Of a DNA stretch of 64,000 bases, positions 19,009-27,792 are shown piece after piece (position 1 is the stretch's first letter; each line of letters starts with the position of its first letter). The notes under the pieces are model-generated. The model had not been told where the DNA came from and searched no databases. It worked only from the letters and a program-made list of their open reading frames with translations. Position numbers and translations under genes: made by a program. Source of the stretch: Thermoplasmata archaeon. Lineage in GTDB: Archaea > Thermoplasmatota > Thermoplasmata > GCA-020350865. The stretch lies in assembly GCA_020348445.1 (NCBI GenBank), contig CP070751.1, positions 5,092,204-5,156,203 on the forward strand, in the 5' to 3' direction.

Positions 19009-19965
19009 TTAAAAACCACCTTTCAACCTCTCAATACAAATATTGAGCATCGCCTCGACATCACCTATTCCCGCAAGTCCTGCCGCCCCATCATGTCCAC
19101 CTCCGTCACACCCATTTTCTTTTCCGATCTCATCCATCAGGTTACCGAGATGCAAACCTTCCTTAATAATGGCCGAAGTTGCCCTTGCGCTTATCCTGAA
19201 TTCATTTTCCCTTTGTGAGCCGACAAATGCGCAATCGGCTCCCAATGAAAGCAATGTACCACATACACTGGATTCAAAAGATCCTACCTGGGATACTGCA
19301 ACAATGTATCTACCCACCTTTGTATATCTCATTCTCTGTGCACCTTTTAATCTTGATATCCTTTTTGAGTAGTCTGTTTCGTGCTCCTCCTCAAATACAG
19401 AGAGGACATCATCCATACTGATTCCGCTTGCTTCCATTATCTTGGCAAATGTTGTTAATGTGCTTGCTTTCGCATAGCTGAATTTCCCAGTATCTGTTAA
19501 TATACCTGCAAGTAGAGCTAGTCCGATTTTTGAAGTTATCTTTTTTTCGGCGAGCTTTAGGATTTCGTAAACGATCTCTCCACAGGATGCCACATTTTCA
19601 TCGATATAACAGAGTTCGGTTTCCCAAGCATGGGTCTTGAGGTGATGGTCAATTACGATGAGATTACTTAGATTTTCTCCGTACTCTCCCAATCTTTCAG
19701 GTGAGGGTGTATCAACCGCGATAATCGTGTTGAAAATCGATATATCCGGATGTTCAATAACCTCCACATCCAGGTTTTTTTGAAGGTTCTTGCCGTTCTT
19801 GCTCAAACCCCCTGCAGATCCGATGGTAATCTCAGGAAAAGCCAAGCTCAAAGCCACTGCGCAACCTAAGGCATCTGGGTCGGCATTCACATGCAAAAGG
19901 ACGCATTTCTTTTCCTTGCTTGCTAGTTTCTTTATGATCTTCTCGAGAAGGGATTTTTGATCCAT
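19009..19965 (-). CDS. DHH/DHHA1 family phosphoesterase (NrnA-like)
   Basis: HVNADPDALG, AVDT, IDHH, GILTDTG and GGGHDGAAG motifs. Confidence 0.92.
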   Translation of the reverse strand: MDQKSLLEKIIKKLASKEKKCVLLHVNADPDALGCAVALSLAFPEITIGSAGGLSKNGKNLQKNLDVEVIEHPDISIFNTIIAVDTPSPERLGEYGENLSNLIVIDHHLKTHAWETELCYIDENVASCGEIVYEILKLAEKKITSKIGLALLAGILTDTGKFSYAKASTLTTFAKIMEASGISMDDVLSVFEEEHETDYSKRISRLKGAQRMRYTKVGRYIVAVSQVGSFESSVCGTLLSLGADCAFVGSQRENEFRISARATSAIIKEGLHLGNLMDEIGKENGCDGGGHDGAAGLAGIGDVEAMLNICIERLKGGF

Positions 19966-20042
19966 TTAAAATGGTACATACCTAGGTCTATTAAAAAGTG
20001 AGGTTTGCTATCGTATATCTATTCAACGGAGGATGAAGAAAC

Positions 20043-21425
20043 TCATAGTCGCTTCTTATGCCTTGTCTTCCTTGAAAATACTCTTGCAGATGGAATGCAT
20101 ATGGCACCTACAAATATCAAGGCTCCTGAGGCACAAAGTCCTCCTTCTTCCTCTTCTTCAGCAGGAGGTTCTCCAAAATAAGCGGTGTAAACAGGATCAT
20201 GCTCGACCCTGTATCCTTGCCAGCCTGGGAAGGAGACGGCATACCACAATCTTGCAGTGTGTGCGTAATTGAGCCACCATTTCCCTCTGAGGTCCTTGGG
20301 ACTGGAGTACTCGTCTTGAATGTTCTCACTCAAGGCATATGAGAGAAGAGAAAAAAGCCCGGCTGAAAAACCCAGTTGCCAACCAACAAGTATCAAGTCA
20401 CCCAATTTGGCCTGTAGAAGGATATTGTAGGCATCCTGGTCATCGCGGATATTCGTGTAAGGTGTTGTACTTTCATCTTTTAGGTCAAAGGTGCCCCTAT
20501 ATCCGATTTCAAATGCTCTATCATTCTCATCCCCCACCTGGATACTGATATTTTCAGCAGCAATTGGATCCATCCCTGTTTGGATTTCATGACCTGTTTT
20601 GTTGGTAAACTCATACCAAGAAGCAAATACAGATACATAATGAACTGCACTGATTCCCCAATCCTCATTTAAAATTTCTCGGGGTTCATAATCTTTGCCA
20701 AATATTTTGATCAACTCCACCTGGCCAATGGTATAATATGTTTCAGTTTTAACTTCACCTGTATCTTCGTCGATCGTTACATCGTACATCACCGAAAATT
20801 CACTGAATCTGGCATGCAATAACGGTAGGGCAAAGGATGCCCAGAATGCAAAGTGATTGCTGTGGTTGGCCACGATAATCTTTGCAAACAAATTTGTGTA
20901 CGTTATGCCAAACCTATAATGGCCTTCATCTACCTTTTCCACCTCATGCACGATGGTGTTTGGGGAATAACTTCCATTTGCATTGCCTAGGCCGTAAGGA
21001 ATAATGTAGTAAACGGGTTCATTACCCGGGTCCTGTATGTGGTTACCATTTGTATCATTGTACGCCATCAAGAACGCGAATATCGCCCCTATGAACACCT
21101 CTCTTTTTTCGGGTGTATAGTAATGCATTCCAAGTAATTGATATGGTAAAACACCTTTTCCGCCTTTTGGTCCCGTGATATTCTCCAAGGCTACCAGGAA
21201 GACCTGTACATCAGCAAAATTAACGTAAGACACAGAAAATGTGGCAGTGCCATTATCTGTCCCATCAGAAACAGAGGAGGTCCAATACTCATCCTTAAAC
21301 GATTTTCCAAGTATATCCTCCTCATCCCCCTCTTCCCAATTATCAAATCCCGATGCAGAAGAGGAGGGGGCAAGCAAAAGTCCAGCAATCATCATACAAA
21401 AAAGTTTCAGAACCATGTTCTTCAT
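20043..21425 (-). CDS. Hypothetical secreted or membrane-anchored protein (460 aa)
   Basis: N-terminal signal peptide, GAGGTGA SD upstream, C-terminal hydrophobic segment plus basic tail. Confidence 0.8.
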   Translation of the reverse strand: MKNMVLKLFCMMIAGLLLAPSSSASGFDNWEEGDEEDILGKSFKDEYWTSSVSDGTDNGTATFSVSYVNFADVQVFLVALENITGPKGGKGVLPYQLLGMHYYTPEKREVFIGAIFAFLMAYNDTNGNHIQDPGNEPVYYIIPYGLGNANGSYSPNTIVHEVEKVDEGHYRFGITYTNLFAKIIVANHSNHFAFWASFALPLLHARFSEFSVMYDVTIDEDTGEVKTETYYTIGQVELIKIFGKDYEPREILNEDWGISAVHYVSVFASWYEFTNKTGHEIQTGMDPIAAENISIQVGDENDRAFEIGYRGTFDLKDESTTPYTNIRDDQDAYNILLQAKLGDLILVGWQLGFSAGLFSLLSYALSENIQDEYSSPKDLRGKWWLNYAHTARLWYAVSFPGWQGYRVEHDPVYTAYFGEPPAEEEEEGGLCASGALIFVGAICIPSARVFSRKTRHKKRL

Positions 21426-21560
21426 GAGTTCACCTCGGAATGCTATACACTGATTGTATAAAAATATATCCGCTCCAAGCCGTTAATTTGATAATGGATA
21501 TTCATTTATAAAATGTTCAGGCACCACCTAAAGCTCTATATCTGAGTATATTCTCTGAAA

Positions 21561-24500
21561 CTAGAAGTCTTCATCATCCGGAGGAGGGGGCTCCTCGTCC
21601 TCATCATCTGGAGGAGGGGGCTCTTCATCCTCATCATCTGGGGGAGGTGGTTCCTCCTCTTCCTCTTCTTCAGCTTTAAAGGGCGCTTCTTCCTCTTTTT
21701 CTGAACCTTTTGATGGTTCTGCCTTATCTTTTGTTACTCTTAAGATAGCTTTCTTCTTTCTCGGGGGGGGTGGGATTCTATTGTTGGAAAGTCTTTGTTC
21801 CTGCAAGGCAATACGCAACGCTTTCTCCTCGTAAGTAAGCTCCTTTTCCTTTGGTTTCCTCCGAATCAAAAATAAGATCAACAGCAAAACGATGATGATA
21901 ATTGGGATCACCAAGAGCAGAACCCACGGGGATTCTTCTTCAGGGGAAGATCCAGTTTCCGTGGTACCATGGGCCTCTTGCGAATGCGGTGATTCATTGC
22001 CAGCCTCATCAACGGCTATTATTCTATAATAATATGAAGCACCAGGTTCAAGGCCGGAATCTGTGAAGGATGTCTCATCCCTACTGGCATTTGTGACATT
22101 TATCCATGGACCATCGGGACTTGTGGCGCGCTGAATGATATAGTGGTCCATATCGGATTCTGTATTGGGAGTCCATGTGATCTCGATTTTATCTTTACCC
22201 AATACCTTTAAAGTGGGTTGAATCGGTGCGTCGGGTGGGGGGTCATCAATGGGTGCCAATACAGTTATTATTCCCGTAGAGTCGGAAAGTTGCGCTGAAT
22301 AGAAAGCAGTAATTTTACATATGCCATCTTCAGATAGCTCTTGTGCAGTGAAGTTGGTCCAGATACCAAAGGATGTTACCAGACCCACAGTAACATCATC
22401 ACTGGACCAAAAAACCTCAACATCATATAGAAACTTAGCAGTGTCATTATAGGCCGCTGCATAGAATTGGTCGGTTTCCCCTGCTGAGTACCACCTGGAG
22501 GTGGTGATATTCCCCTCGCCTTTTTCAGCATCTCTTATTATAATCTCGTCTATCATTGGTTTTAAAACCGTAAGGTATCCTGTTGAGTTTTTGATGCCCA
22601 AATAAGAAGCATTCACAATACAAATCAAATCCCTCTGCACAAGCTGGGCAATGAATTTCGGTTGTATCGTACTTATATCCATTATGCCCACATTTTCATC
22701 GCTGCTCTCCCATGTGGCATCGACATCGCTAATATAGCCTGCTGTATTGTTATATGCTGCAGCATAGAAGGATTCCTGTTGATAGACTATATATGTCCTA
22801 TCCCCAACAGGTTTTCCAGAATCATCGGGCTCGCTACGGATTATAATTTTATCCACTGTTGGTTGACTAACAGTGTATTGAACACCAAATGTTTTTTCTT
22901 CGAAATTCGCCAAGAGCCATACGATACCTGGGATTTTCCCGACATTTATCCCATTGAGTACTGTAGGTGCCCCGATAAATACTGTTGATGTACCTCCGAA
23001 AGTACTCCATGTGGCGGCAACTGAATCTATAAAGCCCACCGAATCATTATATGCGGAACAGTTGCCCCACTCCCGAAATCCCACTGGAACGACACCACCT
23101 TCAAGGGCTGCTCCACCGGGAACATCGGTTATTTTAATAAAGTCCACAGTGGGTGGACTAACCAGATACTGGACACTGTCAGTTGCCCCATCGAAGCTAG
23201 CGTTGAACCAAACTGTCCCATCAGTTGTACCCAGATCGATACCATTTAAATGAGCAGGGCTTATCCCAAGAAGTGTTGATGCCTGACCTTCTGCAGTCCA
23301 GTCCGCATTCACAGTTCCTATGAAACCAGCTGTATTGTTGTATGAAGAGCAGTTTCCCCACTCTCGAATACCAAGGGGCATAATACCACCTGGAAGGGGT
23401 GTGCCATTGGGAACATCGGTTATCTCGATGTAATCCACTAAAGGAGGAGATACTGTGAACTGGATGCTGTAAGAACGTCCCCCATAACTTGCATTGAACC
23501 AGACTATCCCTTGAATGATTCCAACATCTATACCATTAAAGGTCCCTGGTGTCGAATCTAAAAGTGATGATGTGCCTCCCTCTGCTGTCCATTGTGCATT
23601 CACAACACCGATGTATCCAACTGTATCATTGAACGCGGAGCAGTGGCCCCATATCCTTTCACCCACCAAAACTGTGCCCCCCAAAACCGGATTTCCATTT
23701 GGAATATCAGTTATTTCTATGACATCAGGTGTGGGGGGGATTATATCGTATCGGATACTGTAAGTGAATGTTGTGTAGCTTGCGTTGAGCCATACCGATT
23801 CTAGGATCAAACCCACATCGACACCGTTGGAACTCGATGGTGTCACATTTAAAAGGGATGATCCCCCGCCCTCAACAGTCCAGGAAGCCGTAACATGGCC
23901 GACATATCCGTGGGTGATATTGTAAGCAGAGCAATTGCCCCATTCCCTGTGACCCAAAGGAACAGAGCCTCCCAAAAGAGGGGTCCCGTTGGGGACATCT
24001 GTAATCTGGATGTAGTCTATTGTTGCGAAAATCACCTCATACTGTACACTATCATTGTATCCCCCCCAACTGGCGTTGAACCAAACAGGACCTTCGATTG
24101 TGCCAACATCGATTCCATTTAAGACGGCAGGAGTGGCCCCAAGAAGCAAGGAGTTACCTCCCTTCGCAGTCCAGGTTGCATCCAAAACACCAATAAAATC
24201 TGCTGTATCATTATATCCAGAACAGTTACCCCATTCCTGAAAACCAAAGGACACCAAACTGCCAACAAGCTGAGTCCCGTCTGGAATATCAGTTATCTCG
24301 ATATAATCCACAGTGGGCGGGGATACATTGTATAAAACGCTGTCTGAATGTCCATTGTAACTTACATTGAACCATACGTCTCCTCCTACAATGCCCACCT
24401 GGATTGCATTTGTAATCTCTGGAGTAGGTCCAAATAATGATGAAGTTCCACCCTCTGCCTTCCAATCTCCACTCCCTGTTCGTATGTAACCCCCTGTATT

Positions 24501-27356
24501 GTTGTACAGTGAGCAGGCGCCCCATTCCAGAAATCCAACAGACACGTTCTTTGCGACAAGAGGAGTTCCACCTGGATTGTCGGTTATTTCTATGTAATCC
24601 ACTACCGGGGTAAGCACAATGTATAAGACGCTATCATTGAAACCACTAACACTTGTATTCAACCACACTTCACCAGGATCCTTACTGACATTGATTCCAT
24701 TCACATCTGAAGGTGTTCCTCCAAGAAGCGATGAGGTGCCACCATCTGCGGTCCAGTTCGCACTCACTCTGCCGATATATCCAATCGTATCATTGAACAT
24801 GCAGCAGTAACCCCATTCAGTAAAGCCCACAGGAACAGTACTTCCTGTAAGGGGACTCCCGCCTGGAAGATCGGTTATTTCGATATAATCCACTGATGGA
24901 GGTATAACATTGTACTGGATGCTAAAATTGTGTGTGTTATTGTAACTTGCGTTGAGCCACACGATTGATCCGTTAATGCCTACATCGATTCCGTTCATCA
25001 TGGCAGGGGATATCCCAAGAAGCGACGAATTGCCGCCTTCTGCAGTCCAGTTTGCACTCACCACATCAATGAATCCTACTGTTTTGTTGTATGCGGAGCA
25101 ACTTCCTGACTTTTGGTATTTAACTGGGACGATTCCGCCTGAAAGTGGGGGTCCACCCGGGCCATCTGTGATCATTATATAGTCCACTTTCGGAGGCGTA
25201 ACATTATACTGGACACCAAAAACGTATCCTTTATAACTAGCATTGAGCCAAACGACATCTGGTATGAAACTTACATTTAGTCCGCAGAAAAACCCTGGTG
25301 TTGGTGCGATAAGTATGGAGTCTCCACCTTTTACAGTCCAGTCTGCCCAGGCCACATCGATAAAGCCCCCTGTGATATTGTAGGCTGAGCAGTTGCCCCA
25401 TTCCAAAAAGCCCACAGATACATTGCCGCCTGTCAAAATATTTCCGTCTGGAACATCGGTTATCTGGATGTAATCCACGGCCCAGGGGCTTACTGAATAT
25501 TGGATACTATAGGTATGTCCATTATAGCTTGCATTTAGCCAAACTCTGCCGGTTGTGGTACCTACATCGATTCCGTTTAAGATCTCTGGCTCGGGGCCAA
25601 GAAGGGTGGCATCACCACCATCTACGCTCCAGTCTGCATTCACAGTTCCGATGTAACCTACTGTAAGATTATAAGCAGAGCAGTTGCCCCATTCTTTGAA
25701 GTCTAACGGTACAATATCACCTATTATGGGTTGACCATTAGGGACATCAGTGATCTGTATGTAATCGGCTGTTGGCGGCAGAATATTCAAAGAGAAATTA
25801 TCAGTCCATAAGGGATTTATACCACTGGTTCCGTTTATATCCACTAAACCTGTGGTAAATCCCGCGATAAAGGTTGTTGAGTTACCGAACAAATTAGTGA
25901 GTGAACCTAGGGGGGGATTTTGAATCCAATTAACCTCAACCAGATCAACGAATACTCCACTTGTTAAATTGAAGCCTGAGGCGTAAATCGTGATGTTACC
26001 TCCCACGGGAAGAATCACTGCTTCTAAAGGTGTTCCCCCTGGAGAATCGGTCAGGATTATATAATCCAGGGTGGGGAGCGGCACAATGGTGGCAAAGTAG
26101 ATGTCGTAGGTTGTCAAGCTGCGGCGGTCTTCCCAGGCCACAAAAATTCTGTCAGATGAGTAAGTTGCTATGGTGGGATTTTGCTGAGATTCGAAATTTT
26201 TGTCATCGTTCACCCTCAGATTGGGGTGTGCCCAAGTCGCGCCACCATCTGTAGAATTAGAATAATATATATCTGGATCCCCTTTGCGGAGGTCTTGCCA
26301 GGCCATATGTATGATGTTGTCAGTATCCACTGCTATGGAAAGAGCAGTTTGATCTGATGAGCCAGAATCGGTATTGACTCTTAAATTTGGATTGCTCCAA
26401 GTTGCACCGGAATCAGTGGAATTGGCTAAATAAATATCCCAGTCGCCGTTGCGCTTATCCTCCCATGCAACAAAAACATTTCCCAATAAGTCCGAGGCTA
26501 ATTTGGGGTATCGCTGACTCTCGTTAAGGGTATCGGAATTGATCCTGATATCGTTTGTGAGCCAGGTCATACCCCCATCCATGGACTTGGAAAGGAAGAT
26601 GTCACGATCCCCGGTGCGGTCATCTTGCCAGGCGACATATACATTTCCAATGGGATCAACAATTATCGAAGGAAACCGTTGACTTGAGTTCGTGGTATCG
26701 TTGCCAACCCTAACATTGGGATGGGTCCAGTTGACTCCTTGATTGGAGGACTTTGCAAAGTAGATGTCCCAGTCACCATTACGGACATCTTCCCAGACCG
26801 CGTAGATTGTACCAGAAGAATCCACTGCAATATCAGGATATCTCTGACTTACACCGAGAATGTCGGTGTTGATCTTAATATTGGGATCTGACCAGTTCGC
26901 CCCACCATTTGTTGAGTTTGCAAAGTATATGTCGGAGTTGGAATTGCGATAATCTTCCCAGACCACATATATGGTTTCAGAGGAATATGTGGCGATGGCC
27001 GGATTGGATTGAACAGAATTTACTGAATCGTTGTTGATTTTTATATCTGGATCCCTCCAGGTCTCGCCTTTATCACTGGAATTGGTAAAGTAAATGTCAG
27101 GATCTATATTGCGGTAATCCTCCCAGACAAGGTAAATGTCACCTGCTGCGCCCACAGCCATGGCGGGGTGATATTGCTCAGCCACAATGGTCTCGTTGTT
27201 CACCATCAAGTTAACTGAAAATGGAGTATCAGCAGAAACTGAAGGGAAAATGGCGCTAAAAGTGAGGTTTATACCCGTAGATAATAGGAGGAAGGTAACT
27301 GCGAAAGCCCAGGCTTCTTTTATCGTTTTATGGTTCATATTACCTATTCTCCCCAT
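21561..27356 (-). CDS. Receptor/adhesin-like protein A: signal peptide, 7-blade Asp-box (BNR) propeller, 13 ~96-aa Ig-like repeats, FN3, TM, acidic poly-Pro tail; true start probably ATG 27338
   Basis: Seven blades of P.IAV...G.IY.AWED.R.G..DIYF..S.DGG.TW; repeats DYI.ITD.P.G...EWGNCSAYN.T; FN3 (YYYRIIAVDEAGNES); tail (EEPPPPDDED)x3. Confidence 0.88.
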   Translation of the reverse strand: MGRIGNMNHKTIKEAWAFAVTFLLLSTGINLTFSAIFPSVSADTPFSVNLMVNNETIVAEQYHPAMAVGAAGDIYLVWEDYRNIDPDIYFTNSSDKGETWRDPDIKINNDSVNSVQSNPAIATYSSETIYVVWEDYRNSNSDIYFANSTNGGANWSDPNIKINTDILGVSQRYPDIAVDSSGTIYAVWEDVRNGDWDIYFAKSSNQGVNWTHPNVRVGNDTTNSSQRFPSIIVDPIGNVYVAWQDDRTGDRDIFLSKSMDGGMTWLTNDIRINSDTLNESQRYPKLASDLLGNVFVAWEDKRNGDWDIYLANSTDSGATWSNPNLRVNTDSGSSDQTALSIAVDTDNIIHMAWQDLRKGDPDIYYSNSTDGGATWAHPNLRVNDDKNFESQQNPTIATYSSDRIFVAWEDRRSLTTYDIYFATIVPLPTLDYIILTDSPGGTPLEAVILPVGGNITIYASGFNLTSGVFVDLVEVNWIQNPPLGSLTNLFGNSTTFIAGFTTGLVDINGTSGINPLWTDNFSLNILPPTADYIQITDVPNGQPIIGDIVPLDFKEWGNCSAYNLTVGYIGTVNADWSVDGGDATLLGPEPEILNGIDVGTTTGRVWLNASYNGHTYSIQYSVSPWAVDYIQITDVPDGNILTGGNVSVGFLEWGNCSAYNITGGFIDVAWADWTVKGGDSILIAPTPGFFCGLNVSFIPDVVWLNASYKGYVFGVQYNVTPPKVDYIMITDGPGGPPLSGGIVPVKYQKSGSCSAYNKTVGFIDVVSANWTAEGGNSSLLGISPAMMNGIDVGINGSIVWLNASYNNTHNFSIQYNVIPPSVDYIEITDLPGGSPLTGSTVPVGFTEWGYCCMFNDTIGYIGRVSANWTADGGTSSLLGGTPSDVNGINVSKDPGEVWLNTSVSGFNDSVLYIVLTPVVDYIEITDNPGGTPLVAKNVSVGFLEWGACSLYNNTGGYIRTGSGDWKAEGGTSSLFGPTPEITNAIQVGIVGGDVWFNVSYNGHSDSVLYNVSPPTVDYIEITDIPDGTQLVGSLVSFGFQEWGNCSGYNDTADFIGVLDATWTAKGGNSLLLGATPAVLNGIDVGTIEGPVWFNASWGGYNDSVQYEVIFATIDYIQITDVPNGTPLLGGSVPLGHREWGNCSAYNITHGYVGHVTASWTVEGGGSSLLNVTPSSSNGVDVGLILESVWLNASYTTFTYSIRYDIIPPTPDVIEITDIPNGNPVLGGTVLVGERIWGHCSAFNDTVGYIGVVNAQWTAEGGTSSLLDSTPGTFNGIDVGIIQGIVWFNASYGGRSYSIQFTVSPPLVDYIEITDVPNGTPLPGGIMPLGIREWGNCSSYNNTAGFIGTVNADWTAEGQASTLLGISPAHLNGIDLGTTDGTVWFNASFDGATDSVQYLVSPPTVDFIKITDVPGGAALEGGVVPVGFREWGNCSAYNDSVGFIDSVAATWSTFGGTSTVFIGAPTVLNGINVGKIPGIVWLLANFEEKTFGVQYTVSQPTVDKIIIRSEPDDSGKPVGDRTYIVYQQESFYAAAYNNTAGYISDVDATWESSDENVGIMDISTIQPKFIAQLVQRDLICIVNASYLGIKNSTGYLTVLKPMIDEIIIRDAEKGEGNITTSRWYSAGETDQFYAAAYNDTAKFLYDVEVFWSSDDVTVGLVTSFGIWTNFTAQELSEDGICKITAFYSAQLSDSTGIITVLAPIDDPPPDAPIQPTLKVLGKDKIEITWTPNTESDMDHYIIQRATSPDGPWINVTNASRDETSFTDSGLEPGASYYYRIIAVDEAGNESPHSQEAHGTTETGSSPEEESPWVLLLVIPIIIIVLLLILFLIRRKPKEKELTYEEKALRIALQEQRLSNNRIPPPPRKKKAILRVTKDKAEPSKGSEKEEEAPFKAEEEEEEEPPPPDDEDEEPPPPDDEDEEPPPPDDEDF
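21570..21660 (-). repeat. Three 30-bp tandem repeats encoding EEPPPPDDED
   Basis: Period of 30 nt visible at 21571, 21601 and 21631. Confidence 0.9.
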
Positions 27357-27388
27357 TACTACGATACTAATAGATATGTTTCTATTAG

Positions 27389-27413
27389 ATATAAACCTAT
27401 CTTTTGGATGGCC
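27389..27413 (-). promoter_or_regulatory. Conserved promoter of paralogue A: GGCCATCCAAAAGATAGGTTTATAT
   Basis: TATA box plus an upstream TCCAA..GATAG element also found at 30598-30621 and 35656-35680. Confidence 0.65.
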
Positions 27414-27529
27414 AAGAATTGTAATTTCTAATTATTTGGGGATTAAAATATCCATTAACTAATCATCTCATCGCCCAGAATTTACAAATTTAGCCCTCAT
27501 CACAGCGATTAAGTCTACGGATCCTATTC

Positions 27530-27792
27530 TTAATCATCCGGTGGTGGAGGTTCCCCATCATGAGCATCCATTGCCTCTTCAACATCTAGCGGTGGAGGTT
27601 CCTCATCCTCATAATCCATTAACCCTTCATCATCTAAGTGTGGAGGTCAATCCCCAGGATCCATTGGCTCTTCATCATCCGGTGGTGGCTTCTCATCCTC
27701 AGAATCCATTAACCCTTCATCATCTAAGTGTGGAGGTTAATCCCCAGGATCCTTTGGCTCTTCATCATCCGGTGGTGGAGGTTCTTCATCCT
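27530..27792 (-). repeat. Acidic/Pro tandem repeats (including a 90-bp duplication) that continue in frame past the stop codon of paralogue B
   Basis: The 90-nt period is visible at 27613 versus 27703. In-frame stops are TAA 27737-39, TGA 27647-49 and TAA 27530-32. Confidence 0.88.

Noticed and set aside
26080-27230. Calling the propeller heads sialidases
   Set aside because: Asp-boxes are structural and occur in many non-enzymatic propellers. The seven near-identical blades show no recognisable FRIP or catalytic arrangement.
27647-27649. Selenocysteine or pyrrolysine recoding in the paralogue B tail
   Set aside because: The first stop is TAA, not TGA or TAG; no SECIS-like element was seen; the context is a low-complexity tail.
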